64,000 bases of DNA from Octopus sinensis (GCF_006345805.1 NC_042998.1:25234001-25298000), one strand, 5' to 3'; shown: positions 50,236 to 62,904, counted from the first letter of the stretch. The notes: a model not told the origin generated them from the sequence alone. Numbers and translations: made by a program.

Positions 50236-50897
50236 TCGAATTTTGTTTTGTTTGTTTCTTCTCGAGCCACGCCTGGCTCATAAGGGCCGGTTTCCCGATT
50301 TCCTTGGCGTATAGGTTTCCCACCTGGATGGGACGCCGGTCCATCGCAGGTGAGCTGCATGATGCAGGAGGAGAGAGTGAAAGAAAGTTAAGTTAATTTT
50401 TTGGCTCAAAAAGCAAAAAGCAAGGCCATGTAGGGGGACATGGAGTTATGTACAGGGTGGTGTTCATGCAAAGAGCTCAGGCCATTTCTGGTCAAGAGAG
50501 ACTTTGAACTGAGTGGTCGTCAGCATCTTCACTATCTCGTCCGGCAGCTTATTCCACGGATCCGCAACCCAGACGGAGAAAGCCCCTCTCCTTCGATTGA
50601 GACGAAATTGTCGTAGATAGAGCTTTTCGGAGTGACCCCACAGCCGACGCTTCTGGAGCAGGAGTGAAGAACAGCTCTTTTAAGAGGTTACACTTTCCGC
50701 TTATGATGTTATGAGCAAGAATGAGATCACCATGGCGGCGAAAGAGTCAGCAGTAGTTCACCATTAACTTCTGCCAGAGCCACGTGGAGCTTAGGTGTTT
50801 CGCTCATAAACACACACATTGCCTGGTTTGAGATTCGAACCCATGATCCCTTGACTGCGAGTCTGCTGCTCTAACCGCTAGGCCATGTGCCCCTCCA
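50236..50897 (-). mobile_element. SINE family D interrupted by a CR1 fragment
   Basis: Head at about 50740-50897, tail at about 50236-50386. Confidence 0.72.
50387..50740 (-). mobile_element. CR1 LINE 3' fragment, more diverged third copy
   Basis: Homologous to the last ~350 bp of 1047-2415, including the 3' UTR. Confidence 0.9.
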
Positions 50898-51469
50898 CTA
50901 ATTACTTGGAATATTTTGAATTACTATAAAAGTGTAGAAGTAAGCATCTTAAAAACAAACTTCTTGACTCAATCATGATTCAAAGCTGATGCAATTTCAC
51001 ACAATATTTATGATCAAGCCACATTCTATCTGTAACTGGTGTCTTATAATTCATTATAATTTATTATAATTTATTATAATTTATTATAATTTATTATGAT
51101 TTATTATAACTGACATAGATGTCAGTTCAAAATGACATCTATTTATATTGATTGGGTGAGGAACACATGTGGGGACTCAGAAGAATTGAAAGTAAGACCT
51201 GGCAATAAGTGGAAGAACCTTTCCATAGAAAAAAAAAAAACAGTGGTCAGCTATTGCTGGGAAAGATAGAGAGAGGAACCATCCTATTATTTGTACATTG
51301 ATGCACTTCCACGGGTTCCTTATCATACAGATTGCAGATGCATGTCAAGAATACTTGCAAGAATGGTATGGTTTTCTTTCAGTCTTATTTCTCCTGATAT
51401 CTAAATCTGATACTTTTGCAAGACTGCATTATTATCACATGCAAGACAATAATGTTCTTCCTATCTTTT

Positions 51470-51537
<68 letters not shown>

Positions 51538-51559
51538 CATTATTATTATTATTATTATT

Positions 51560-51897
51560 CAGTAGTTTTATTTTTATAGCGTGCTTTCACTTCACTACCG
51601 AGCACAGCTCTGTGTGCCTTAGGTATGTGCTGTGATTTGTTGTGATACTCTGATGGTTACTGTATTGAAAGTGTTTTGCGTAGGATGTGTGCAGTGCCCA
51701 GTAGTGCAATTTTCTGTATGTTATATGTGTTTGTAAGCCCTGGTGTTTTTGTTATGTATTTGTTTGGATATTTTTTTATCATATCTAATACGCCTACTAT
51801 GATAGGCATTGTTTCTGTTTTTAGATACCACATTCGAGTTACCTCTATTTCCAGGTCTTTGTATTTTGAAAGTTTCTCCATTTCTTTTAGAGACACG

Positions 51898-51899
<2 letters not shown>
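51560..51899 (-). mobile_element. R4/Dong-like (REL-endonuclease) non-LTR retrotransposon 3' fragment inside (AAT)n
   Basis: EKLSKYKDLEIEVTRMW...PIIVG...IQKIALLGTAHILRKTL plus 3' UTR; (ATT)n on both sides. Confidence 0.8.
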
Positions 51900-51928
<29 letters not shown>

Positions 51929-52489
51929 ACAATACACAACTAATACTCTGCAAGCTGGTGGTTTGTCACAAAATATCATTAAGTGCTTTTCCAAATAGAA
52001 TGTAAATTATCAAATGCCTAGGAGTAGATTTTAATGGATTCAGTGCAGTGATTATCCTGACCGATAATTAGGTCTTTGTAATATCAAGGTCTTATGTGAA
52101 TTCGTCCTTTTTCTGTTGTTTCTCCCACCTCCCTGTGCTATAATGCTGAAACCTCATTAAATAATGTTTAATTTTTCCAAGAATTGCCTGAATCATCAAG
52201 ACCAATGTTGCAATTAGTGTCCTTGGCATTAAACAAATGAATGACAAAATTTCCTGTGGATAGAATGAGAGCTATTCTATTATAAGTAACTTCTCTAGAA
52301 AAGTCAACGATTTATTTCAGTTGAAAAGTTAATATTTAGACTGAGGCAACAGAGAAATAACTACAAACAAAGCCAACACCTGTTGCATATTTGAACTACA
52401 AGGCTTTCAGAAGTTCCTTTACTTCAATAATTTACTTCAATAATTTTATTATTTTGTAAAGAGACTCATAAATGAAGCCCAAAAGATAG

Positions 52490-53155
52490 TATATCATCAT
52501 CAGCATCATCGTTTAACGTCTGCTTTCCATGCTAGCATGGGTTGGACGATTTTGACTGAGGGCTGGCAAACCAGATGGCTGCACCAAGCTCCAATCTTGA
52601 TTTGGCAGAGTTTCTACAGCTCGATGCCCTTCCTAACGCCAACCACTCCGAGAGTGTAGTGGGTGCTTTTTACGTGCCACCAGCACAGGGGCCAGTCAGG
52701 CAGTACTGGCAATGACCTCACTCGAATCTTTTTACACATTCCACAGGCACAGGTGCCAGTAAGGCGACATTGGTAACAATCATGCTCAAATGGAGCCCTT
52801 TTACGTACCATGGCACGGAGACCAGTCAGGCGGTACTGGCAATGACCGCACTCGAATCTTCTTACACGTGCCACCGGCACAGGTGCCAGTAAGGTGATGT
52901 TGGTAATGATCACGCTCGAATGGTGCCCTTTTATGTGCCACCAGCACAGAAGCCAGTTGGATGCTCTGGCAATGATCATACTCGGATAGTGCTCTTAGCA
53001 CCCTACTAGCACGAGCATAAGTGTCAGTAAGGTGATGCTGGTAATGATCACACTCAAATGGTGCCTTTTTATGTGTCACTGGCATGGAAGCCGGTTAGCC
53101 ACTCTGTCAAACGACCACATTCGTATGGTGCTCTTTGCACCCCACTAGCACGGAC
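52490..53155 (-). mobile_element. Family C element with internal ~60-bp minisatellite
   Basis: (CAT)n tail, CGTTTAACGTC 3' end, alternating ~60-bp units. Confidence 0.82.
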
Positions 53156-53805
53156 AACTGACTAATACCATTTCCATATATCAAATCCTCTACAATAAAA
53201 AGAAATGTACCTTATGTCTGTGCAATATTATATTTTTTCAAAATAATATGTAAAATTGGGTACCAGCTTTGGTCCCATAGTGTGGCACCTTGGGCAAGTG
53301 CCTTCTATTATAGCCCCAAGCTAACTAAAGCCTTGTGTGTGGATTTGATAGACAGAAATTGAAAGAAGCCTGTTGTATATGCATGTGTGCGTATTTGTGC
53401 CTGTTCTTGTTTGCCACCACTGCTTGACAACCGAAGTTGGGATGATTATGTCCCTGTAACCTAGTGTTTCAGTAAAAGAGAACGATACAATGAGTACCAA
53501 GTTAAAACAAAAAATAATAGTGTTTAGTCCATTTTGTCTTTCAGAATAGACTAAACAGTACAGAGCAGACACTTGGAATGGAGGGTCACTGAAGAGGTCA
53601 CAGTTGTCTAATGACAAATTTCCAGACAATGGACATAAAATAAGAATAATAATAAACACATGAACGAATTTATAGTGCATGTGTCTATTTGGCAAGAAAC
53701 AAAATGACCATCCTGACATATAACAATATCTGTTTCAGCACTACTTGTTTTTACATCATGCAAACCAAATACATAAACATATGCATATATATGTGTGTGT
53801 GTGTA

Positions 53806-54008
53806 AAAGTCAAGGTAGAAAATGCTAAAATAATTTTATAAAAAACATTTCAGTACCAGTTTTGGTCATTAAGACTTTTTCCACTGTAAGTATCGAAAAC
53901 AGTTAAATTTTGGAAAAATTAAATGAAAAGATTTCAAAAGAATATTTGTATAGTATACAAGGAGCACTTTTTTATAAAATTATTCTAGAATTTTCTACCT
54001 TGACTTTT
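53806..54008. mobile_element. Short foldback with 40-bp arms, possibly pseudo-LTR-derived
   Basis: 53806-53845 is inverted at 53969-54008; shares TTTTCCACTGTAAGT with the flank at about 1002-1016. Confidence 0.55.
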
Positions 54009-54014
54009 TTTTGT

Positions 54015-54208
54015 AGCTGAAAGCGAGGTAGACCGATGAACATGTGGAGGAGGAGATTGGGAGGGTTGGCTTGAGAAGAGAGGATGCCCAAAACTGGGCA
54101 AGATGGCAAGAAGTTATGAGAGTGGTTGCTCTGGCATTGAGGTAGATCTGGCCACCCCTATAAATGGGGACAAGACCTGAATTCAAAATGATTGATGATG
54201 ATGATGGA

Positions 54209-54210
<2 letters not shown>
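54015..54210 (+). mobile_element. RTE-type LINE 3' end
   Basis: VEEEIGRVGLRREDAQNWARWQE stop, short UTR and (TGA)n tail. Confidence 0.6.
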
Positions 54211-54281
<71 letters not shown>

Positions 54282-54814
54282 ATATATATATTAGAAAAAA
54301 ACACCTTTTATCAATTCAAAATGAACAATTAAATTACTCCATCTAGAAAATTACATATAATAGAAATACAAAAAATAAAATAACAATAATATACCGATGA
54401 TTAAGTAAATTGCAAAATAATAATAAAAACGTATATATATATATATTATAGGTTTCTTTCTACCAAATCCACTAAAGCTATAGTAGAAAACACTTGCCTA
54501 AAGTACCATGCAGTGGGACTGAACTTGGAACTATGTGGTTGGAAAGCAAACTTCTTACCACACAGCTGTGTCTTCACCTTTAATATTTTAATTTATAGAT
54601 TTATATTTCTTAAAACGATGTGGTGAAAAATATGTTTCTATGAAGTAAGCTAGTAAGACTATACATTTAATTGAAGTCACGTTTACTATTCTTATCCACA
54701 TTCAGCATGGAAGGCAGAATTCTTTATCTTTAAGAGAAAAAAAATTCTTTTTTCTTCAACCTGTTTTTTGCAAATATCTAATGCCAATTACATTCATTTA
54801 CGTTTTGGAATAAT

Positions 54815-55084
54815 CTTTTACTCTTTTACTGTTTTACTTGTTTCAGTCATTTGACTGTGGCCATGCTGGAGCACCATCTTTTGTCGAGCAAATCGACCCC
54901 AGGACTTGGCCTTTCTAAACTTAGTACTTATTCTATCAGTCTCTTTTGCTGAACCGCTAAGTTATGGGCACATAAACACACCAGCATCAGTTGTCAAACG
55001 ATGTTGGGAGGACAAACACAGACACACAAACACACAAACACACAAACACAGACACACAAACACACAAACACACAAACACACACA

Positions 55085-55121
<37 letters not shown>

Positions 55122-55305
55122 TTATATATATACATATATATGACAGGCTTTTTTTCAGTTTCCATCTACCAAATCCGCTCACAAAGCTTTGGTCAGCCCG
55201 AGGTTGTAGTAGAAGACACTTGCCCAAGGTGCCATGCAGTGGGACTGAACCCGGAACCATGTGGCTGGTAAGCAAGCTACTTACCACACAGCCACTCCTG
55301 TACCT
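54815..55305 (-). mobile_element. SINE family A with expanded internal (CA)-rich tract
   Basis: Tail to head. Confidence 0.87.
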
Positions 55306-55589
55306 GAATAATATAAATATTATGACAACAAACTTATTTCTTTGTTAATGGTGGTGAGATGGCAGAATTGTTAGCACACCAGTAAAATGTTTAGCAGCTT
55401 TTTTCTATCTTTACATTCTGAGTTCAAATTCTGCTGCCACTGACTTTGCTTTTTATCTTTTCAGGATCGATAAAATTAGTACAAGTTAAACGCTGGGGGT
55501 CAATGTAATCGATTTATCCCCTCCTCACCCCCCCAAAAAAAATTGCTGGCTTTGTGCCAAAATCTGAAATCAATATTGTTTTCGTGTTA

Positions 55590-55847
55590 TTGTCGCTGGA
55601 CTGGCTCCTGTGCAGGTGGCATGTAAAAAACACGATTTGAGCATGGCCATTGCCAGTACTGCCTGACTGGCCCTTGTGCCAGTGGCACGTAAAAGCACCC
55701 ACTACACTCTCGGAGTGGTTGGCATTAGGAAGGGCATTCAGCTGTGAAAACTCTGCCAGATCTAGTTTAGAGCCTGGTGCAGCCATCTGGTTCACCAGTC
55801 CTCAGTCAAATCGTCCAACCCATGCTAGCATGGAAAGTGGACGTTAA
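55590..55847 (+). mobile_element. Family C element 3' part
   Basis: Ends CCCATGCTAGCATGGAAAGTGGACGTTAA. Confidence 0.82.
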
Positions 55848-55914
55848 ATGATGATGATGATGATGATGATGACGATGACAGCGATGACGGCAATGACGAT
55901 GACGATGACGATGA

Positions 55915-55948
<34 letters not shown>

Positions 55949-55974
55949 GGTGGTGGCGGTGGTGGTGGTGACGG

Positions 55975-56005
<31 letters not shown>

Positions 56006-56074
56006 AATGATGATGGTGACGACGACGATGATGATGATGATGATGATGATAATGATGATGGTGACGACGACGGC

Positions 56075-56111
<37 letters not shown>

Positions 56112-56127
56112 TTGGTGGTGGTGGTGG

Positions 56128-56160
<33 letters not shown>
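55848..56160 (+). repeat. Expanded (ATG/GTG/ACG)n trinucleotide tail
   Basis: ~310 bp contiguous with the family C 3' end. Confidence 0.92.
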
Positions 56161-56161
<1 letters not shown>

Positions 56162-58041
56162 CTCCTAGATGTTATTAATTCAGACTAGTTTCTATCCAGC
56201 TTTTGACTATTTGTAAGTCAACGAAGCTAACTTAGAAAAAAACAACTTTGATTGAAAAGAAAGAAAGAAAAGAAAGAAAGAAAGAAAACAACAAGAAACA
56301 ACCTGTGATAATTAGTTGAAAAAAGTCTAGTATCATGAGAGAAATAATGGTAAAGTGCAGGAATAAGCATCATGCAGCATTTAGCTGTCTATATATCCTG
56401 AGGTCAGATTACATTGACTTGGCTTTTCATCCCTTGTGGAGGGAGTGAAGTTGGGCGGGGTGGTGGCTAAAGAAATAAGCAGTAGTGCTTTGTTAGGCTC
56501 AAATTCAGTTGACTGCAGCCATCCCCTACCAAGTGGTTACCTTGTACCAATGTTGAAAAAAATCAAAAAAAAAAAATCAATATATTTACCCATATAAAAG
56601 TATAGAAGAAATCGTATTGTAATTGAAAATATCTGCCAGTCGTAGCTGATTTAAATTCTCTGTCAGTGATATTTATTTCATTTGTTTTGTTCTTCTCAAC
56701 CTGATCTATTTAATCCTCTTCTTTTCAAATAAAATATTGTCGCTGATATACTACTTAATTTTATTCTTGCTTTGTGTTGTTATCATTGCTACTTTCTACA
56801 ACTGAGTTTTCTACCTTTTATTCTTAGATTTATCTACAATTTTTTTACTTGGCATTCCTAACTCCTTTTTTTCTCTCCTTAGTTATCCATCTATTTTTAA
56901 CAAAAATACTTTTCTTTTGTACACTTTTTTTTTTTACCATTCATGTTCTCTCCTCTCTTTCTCTAACTTAACTATGTATTTTTCACTGTTAATGCTGCCT
57001 CTTAGTCCATTACCACTCAACACATCATCAGCAACTTCATTTTTCTAGTGGGTTTTCTCACTATATCTCTTTTATCATTCTTCATTTTAATCTTTATCTG
57101 TTGCCACTAAGCAAAGCAATATATTTCATCACTTATTCCTATCATTACTTCCAGAAAGTAAATTAATCCATTCCTTTTGTCATACTTTTGTTCTTTTTCT
57201 ATATAAGATTCTCAGCAAAACATACATCTCCCTGCATATACAAGGTCCCCCAATAATGCTTTCATATTCTTCTTCCTAATTCTTTAACTGGAAAACTATT
57301 CTTATTCCAATTCATTCATTTCTTATTATGCTGTGAGTTCTTTCTTCCATTCCTCCTTTTGTCCACAATACAATATGCTTCTCTCTAAGTCAAATACCAA
57401 TAAACCTCAACAATCACCTGTGCAGTGAAATTTCTTTTGTCCTGGAAGAATAATTTTGAGGTCGTAACACCTTGCAAAAACATGCTGGTTTAACAAGTGA
57501 ACTTGGCTAAAATCATCTCATAGTTTATATAGTTTCTATTTCTTTTTAAATGATTCAAAGAAGAAATACAAATTAACATTGATAAAATACATGTCAAAGT
57601 GGATTATAGAACGAAATATGAACGTACATATACACATACATAGATTCAAAATATCGTACAAAGTAGATTCTTGATTTATTGAAATTATCTTTGCTTCCTG
57701 AGAAGATAAACCGAATGCCTGCCTTGTGGCAATTGAAATCAATTCTGAATGTAAGCAGAGATAATCTCAGGAATCAAGTATTCTCTAGAATAGTCACACC
57801 ATTGAGGAAGAGACAGGATGATTGTCTTGAGATGAAAGAACAATGGTTGGTTTGTGTTTCTACCTTGTTGAATACCATCAGCACAGCAGTAATCTTACCT
57901 TGACTCCTGCAGACAAACGATTTGGTTATATATAGGAAGAGTACTGTATATTTATATCCTACAGAAATTTATATAATAAAAACAAAATTTGGTTGACAAA
58001 AACAATAAGGACGTCTATCGTGTATGTATGTGTGTATAATA

Positions 58042-58338
58042 TCTTTACATATAAAAGTCAAGTTGTGTGTCTGTCTCCTACGATTTAGATTCCTAACTAC
58101 TCCCACATTTTGCGGTACAGTTTAACCAAAACCGGGTATCTTATAGTCGTGATTCATATCAAGCCCTTCTGGGTATTAGCGCGCGTCTATGACGAGTCTA
58201 CGATTTAAGAAAAAATTTACCGTCATTTTTTTCCCATTTTTAATGCATTTTTTTGCTATTTTTTGGCTATAACTCTCTAAAAATGCTTATATAGTTATTT
58301 CCCTTACAAACCCGAGCAACGCCGGGCAATAATGCTAG
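58042..58338 (+). mobile_element. Non-autonomous Helitron-like element, second family
   Basis: A|TC start, CCCGAGCAACGCCGGGC hairpin, CTAG|T end; internal sequence differs from 41519. Confidence 0.82.
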
Positions 58339-58919
58339 TAATATATAAAACGCTTTATCTTTTACTTGTTTCAGAGATTAGACTGTGGCCATAGTGGGGC
58401 ACCCCCATGAAGGGCTTTTAGATGAACAAGTTCACCCCAATACATTTTTTTATCTCAAGTCTGGTACTTATTCTATCAGTCTCCTTTGCTAAACCACTAA
58501 GTTATAAGGATTTGAATAAACCAACACTGGTTATACTTACACTCACATACACTAAAAAATACTCACATACACACACTCACAGTGTGGAGGCACATGGCCT
58601 AATGGTTAGAGCAGTGGACTCACGGTCAGGGAATCACAGTTTCGAATCTCAGATGATGTGTGAGTTTATGAGCGAAACACCTAAGAGGATGCGCCAATGT
58701 AGAAGTAGACATCGGTACTGCAAGAAATTTTACATTGGTATATAGAATTCTTGATCTTAGAATTATTAGAATTATATTTACTTATATATATATATATATA
58801 TGGCCTGCTTGCTTAGCCAGCGGGGTGGCGTCATTTCAAGGCTAAAACAATGCGAAGCGCATTGTGACCAGCGATGTGTAACAACATCTGATAGCCAGTC
58901 GGTCACGGTGATCACGGTG

Positions 58920-58953
<34 letters not shown>

Positions 58954-59362
58954 TATAAGAAATCGTAGTAAATATATAGATTTTGATGCTTCTGGTTTAA
59001 AATACATAGTAACCTAGCTGCCTTTTGGTTTGTCTATTTGCAGTCACTCACCATGACATTTTTCAAAAATACAGTAGTAATTACCATCATCCGGCCTCTA
59101 ACCATGGGAAGGCGGTTGTAAACAATCAAATTTCTTTGCTGGATATCAATACTATTTGTCCATGCTAAGAGCCAACAATGGCTTCAGGTTGATGTCTGAA
59201 AATAGAAGACTTAGTTCTATATATAAAAATGTCACAGTGACTAAATTCTTTCCTTTCGCTTTTTTCTTTTAATTTGGCAGTAGATTTGTTTCAGCTTTGA
59301 AGAAAGTAGCTTTGGGAAACCCGTTTCCCTATATTTTTAGTAGACCAATCAATTGTTTGACA

Positions 59363-59916
59363 AGATTGAGCCATGATGTACTTAAATATATATCGAAACA
59401 GCTGTAAACCTATAATAAATAAATGTATATAACTCACTATTTGTATGTTGTGTGTATGTGTGTGTGTGTACATACAGACTTACATGTATAGATGACAAGC
59501 TTCCTGCAGTTTCCAACAAATTCCTTCACATGACATTCGTCGGCTAGATTAAGCCATGATGTACTTAAATATATATCGAAACAGCTGTAAGCCTATAATA
59601 AATAAATAAATGTATATCACTCACTATTTGTATGTTGTGTGTGTGTGTGTGTGTACATACAGACTTACATGTATAGATGACAAGCTTCCTGCAGTTTCCA
59701 ACAAATTCCTTCACATGACATTCGTCGGCTAGATTAAGCCATGATGTACTTAAATATATATCGAAACAGCTGTAAGCCTATAATAAATAAATAAATGTAT
59801 ATAACTCACTATTTGTATGTTGTGTGTGTGTGTGTGTGTGTACATACAGACTTACATGTATAGATGACAGGCTTCCTGCAGTTTCCAACATATTCCTTCA
59901 CATGACATTCGTCGGC
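59363..59916. repeat. Tandem triplication of a 183-186-bp unit
   Basis: Units start at 59363, 59546 and 59731 and are nearly identical except for microsatellite length. Confidence 0.95.
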
Positions 59917-60644
59917 AAGGTGCTATGTAGTGGAAACAAACCTAAAATCATGCATTTAAGAAGTTGACTTTTTAATTTAAGCACACTGCTATACCTGCAC
60001 CTGTGCACCTATATACCTATTATATTAGTTCTAATTAACTGACTAATCAACACAAGTAAATCTTGTTATATAAATTGGGAATATACAATAAAAATTTTTC
60101 AAAGAAATCACATATGGAAATGTGATGGAAAATTTATTCTGATCATGCAAGATAAACTGTTGTAGCCTTTAAATAAAATATATACATAAATAACTTTTAT
60201 GATGATTATTATTTTACAGGAATTTGACAATATCATTAACCTGTGTGTTAAAACGAAAATAAATATATTTTATTAATTAAGTCGTTCAATAAGTTTCAAT
60301 TTAAGTCTTTCTTTTAATTTTTTCATTTGTTTTTTTTTTCATTGTTTTATGAATCAAAGTTATAAAATATTGAAACACACACAAAAATAAAAGGAAATAT
60401 TGAGAAAAAAGGCGAAGTTGATGAAAATATGGCAAATTTATGAGGTACTCAGTGTCTATGTCTATTTGGTATTCTATAAAATATTTAATAAAACTTGTTT
60501 ACAAAGTGTTCGTGTACTGCAATATATTTGTCAGTTGTAATTTTGTTTTCTCCTGTGGAATCTTTGTATGATTGCTTGACATGGTAGAAATAGTAGCAAA
60601 TTACCCTCATTTCGTGTTTTGTTGTTTAGAAAAAGGAAAGAGAT

Positions 60645-60810
60645 CATTATCACCATCGTCATCGTCATTTAACGTCCGCTTTCCATGCTGGCATGGGTTG
60701 GATGGTTTGGTTGAGGATGGGCCAGCTGGGAGGTTGCACCAGGCTCAAATCTGATCTGGAAAGGTTTCTACAGCTGGATGCTCTTCCTAACACCAACAAC
60801 TCTGATTGTA
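60645..60810 (-). mobile_element. Family C 3' fragment
   Basis: CATCGTCATTTAACGTCCGC end. Confidence 0.7.
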
Positions 60811-60844
60811 TATACCTTCTTGATAAGCCATTCTATATATTTGT

Positions 60845-61250
60845 ATTTTTATTTACTCTATTTTTCTTTTACTTATTTCAGTCATTTGACTGTGGCCATG
60901 CTGGAGCACCGCCTTTAGTCAAGCAAATCGACCCCGGGACTTATTCTTTTGTAAGCCCAGTACTTATTCTATCCGTCTCTTTTTGCCGAACTGCTAAGTG
61001 ACGGGGATGTAAACACACCAGCATCGGTTGTCAAGTGATGTTGGGGGGACAAACACAGACACACAAACACACACACACATATACATACGACAGGCTTCTT
61101 TCAGTTTCCGTCTACCAAATCCACTCACAAGGCATTGGTCGGCCTGGGGCTATAGCAGAAGACACTTGCCCAAGATGCCAGGCAGTGGGACTGAACCCTA
61201 CACCATGTGGTTGGTTAGCAAGCTACTTACCACACAGCCACTCCTGTGCC
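60845..61250 (-). mobile_element. SINE family A, full length
   Basis: Tail to head. Confidence 0.86.
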
Positions 61251-61544
61251 TATTTGCATATATATTTTTACCTTCTGTGTTTATTATGTATGTATTCTTT
61301 ATATATGTTAAAGGCCATGACAATATTTATATATGAGCAAATGTATGGAAGCATGGTGTTATATAAAGTCATTGACTTGAATTTGATGTTTGTTCTCTAA
61401 TCAATGTTTTATACACACACACACACACACACACACATACATACAGTGTGCAATGGGTAAATTTTTGTCGTTTTATATTTTAAATTTCGCACATGTGCAT
61501 TGTTTGTTTTGATTTTCTCAACTACCCAGTATAGTAGGGTCAGT

Positions 61545-61746
61545 TTTAGCAACTAAAACTAGCCACAGCTGACATAAATATTCTGCCTGTTAATTGTTGG
61601 CCTTTCACACCTACCCTACAATATTATTCCAATGATATGCAATTGCATTGTTGAAATCTCAGAGCAACAAGATAATGCATGATTAATTCAAAACAATCTG
61701 AATAGATAATTATTACATTTGACAGAATAATCTGAATGCTAAAGGG
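61545..61746. mobile_element. Diverged piggyBac-type MITE related to 35989-36218
   Basis: Shared CACACCTACCCTACA and GATAATGCATGATTAATTCAA; ends CTAAAGGG|TTAA. Confidence 0.65.
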
Positions 61747-61789
61747 TTAAGGATTCCCTGATGATCCATACAGGCATGGAAAAGTAAAT

Positions 61790-62425
61790 GTTAGTTTCAA
61801 ATTTTGATACAAGGCCTGCAATTTTTTTGATGGGGAGCAATTAGTTGATTACATTGACCCCAGTGTTCAACTGGTACTTATTTTATTGCCCCCAAAAGGG
61901 TGAAAAGCAGAGTTGACCATGGCAGTATTTGAACTCAGAACATGAAGACAGATGAAATGCCACAAACCATTTCACCCAGTGTGCTAACAGTTCTGCCAGC
62001 TTGCCATCATAGGCATGGAAAAGAGATATTGTTTTCTACTCTAGGCACAAGGCTCAAAATTTTGGAAGAGGGGCCAGTTGATTATATCAACCACATTATA
62101 CAACTGGTACTTAATAGTTATCAACTCCAAAAGGATGAAAGGCAAAGTCAACCTCAGTGTAATTTGAACTCAGAACTTAAAGACAGATGAAATACTTATT
62201 TCTTTATTGCCCACAAGGAGCTAAACATAGAGGGGACAAACAAGACAAGACAGAGGGATTAAGTTGATTACATCAACCCCAGTGTGTAACTGGTACTTAA
62301 TTTATCAACCCTGAAAGGATGAAAGGCAAAGTCGAACTTGGCGGAATTTGAACTCAGAATGTAACGGCAGATGAAATACTGCTAAGCATTTCACTTGGGA
62401 TGCTAACATTTCTGCCAGGTCGCCA
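61790..62425 (-). mobile_element. Cluster of three SINE family B units
   Basis: Core occurs three times. Confidence 0.8.
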
Positions 62426-62904
62426 TATTATGGAAAAAAAAAAGAGATATTAAAACAACTATGATGATGACATATTCTATGTCTAGAAAATGAGATACAT
62501 TATTCATAAAAGGAATACCTTTAATCACACACAGGTATACTCAGTCAGACTAAAATCTTAAGATAATTAGATAAAAAGATTATTGTAAAATTTAAATAAT
62601 CATGTAAATTATAGTAATATGACTGGCCATGAAACTAGTGATAGAGAAACCTCATAATTTACTGCAAATAATTGTTTACCCCGGGCTGGTGCTGACTGGA
62701 TCCACCTATGATCAAAGGTGTTTCAAATATGACTGTTCTATCCCTCTCTCATATGGGTATCTACTCTAGGAAGATAGTTGGAGTCTGTAAAATGTATTTT
62801 ATTCAAAACTATTCAATTTGTTTTTTATTCAGTGAGCCTCAAACGATTCAGTGTACAAACTTCCCAATCAGAACGATGCTTTTTCACCCAGCAGTTTTCA
62901 CCTA

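Noticed and set aside
52660-53155. Repeat-spacer-like look of the family C array, as a possible CRISPR
   Set aside because: Units are diverged tandem repeats without unique spacers, in eukaryotic context with no cas genes.
56760-57420. Strand-biased tract with IIGDL on the minus strand, as a possible LINE endonuclease relic
   Set aside because: Too decayed to assign.
61757-61790. CTGATGA-TCCAT...ATGGAAAAG hammerhead look-alike
   Set aside because: GAAA overlaps stem II and there is no stem III, NUH or stem I partner.
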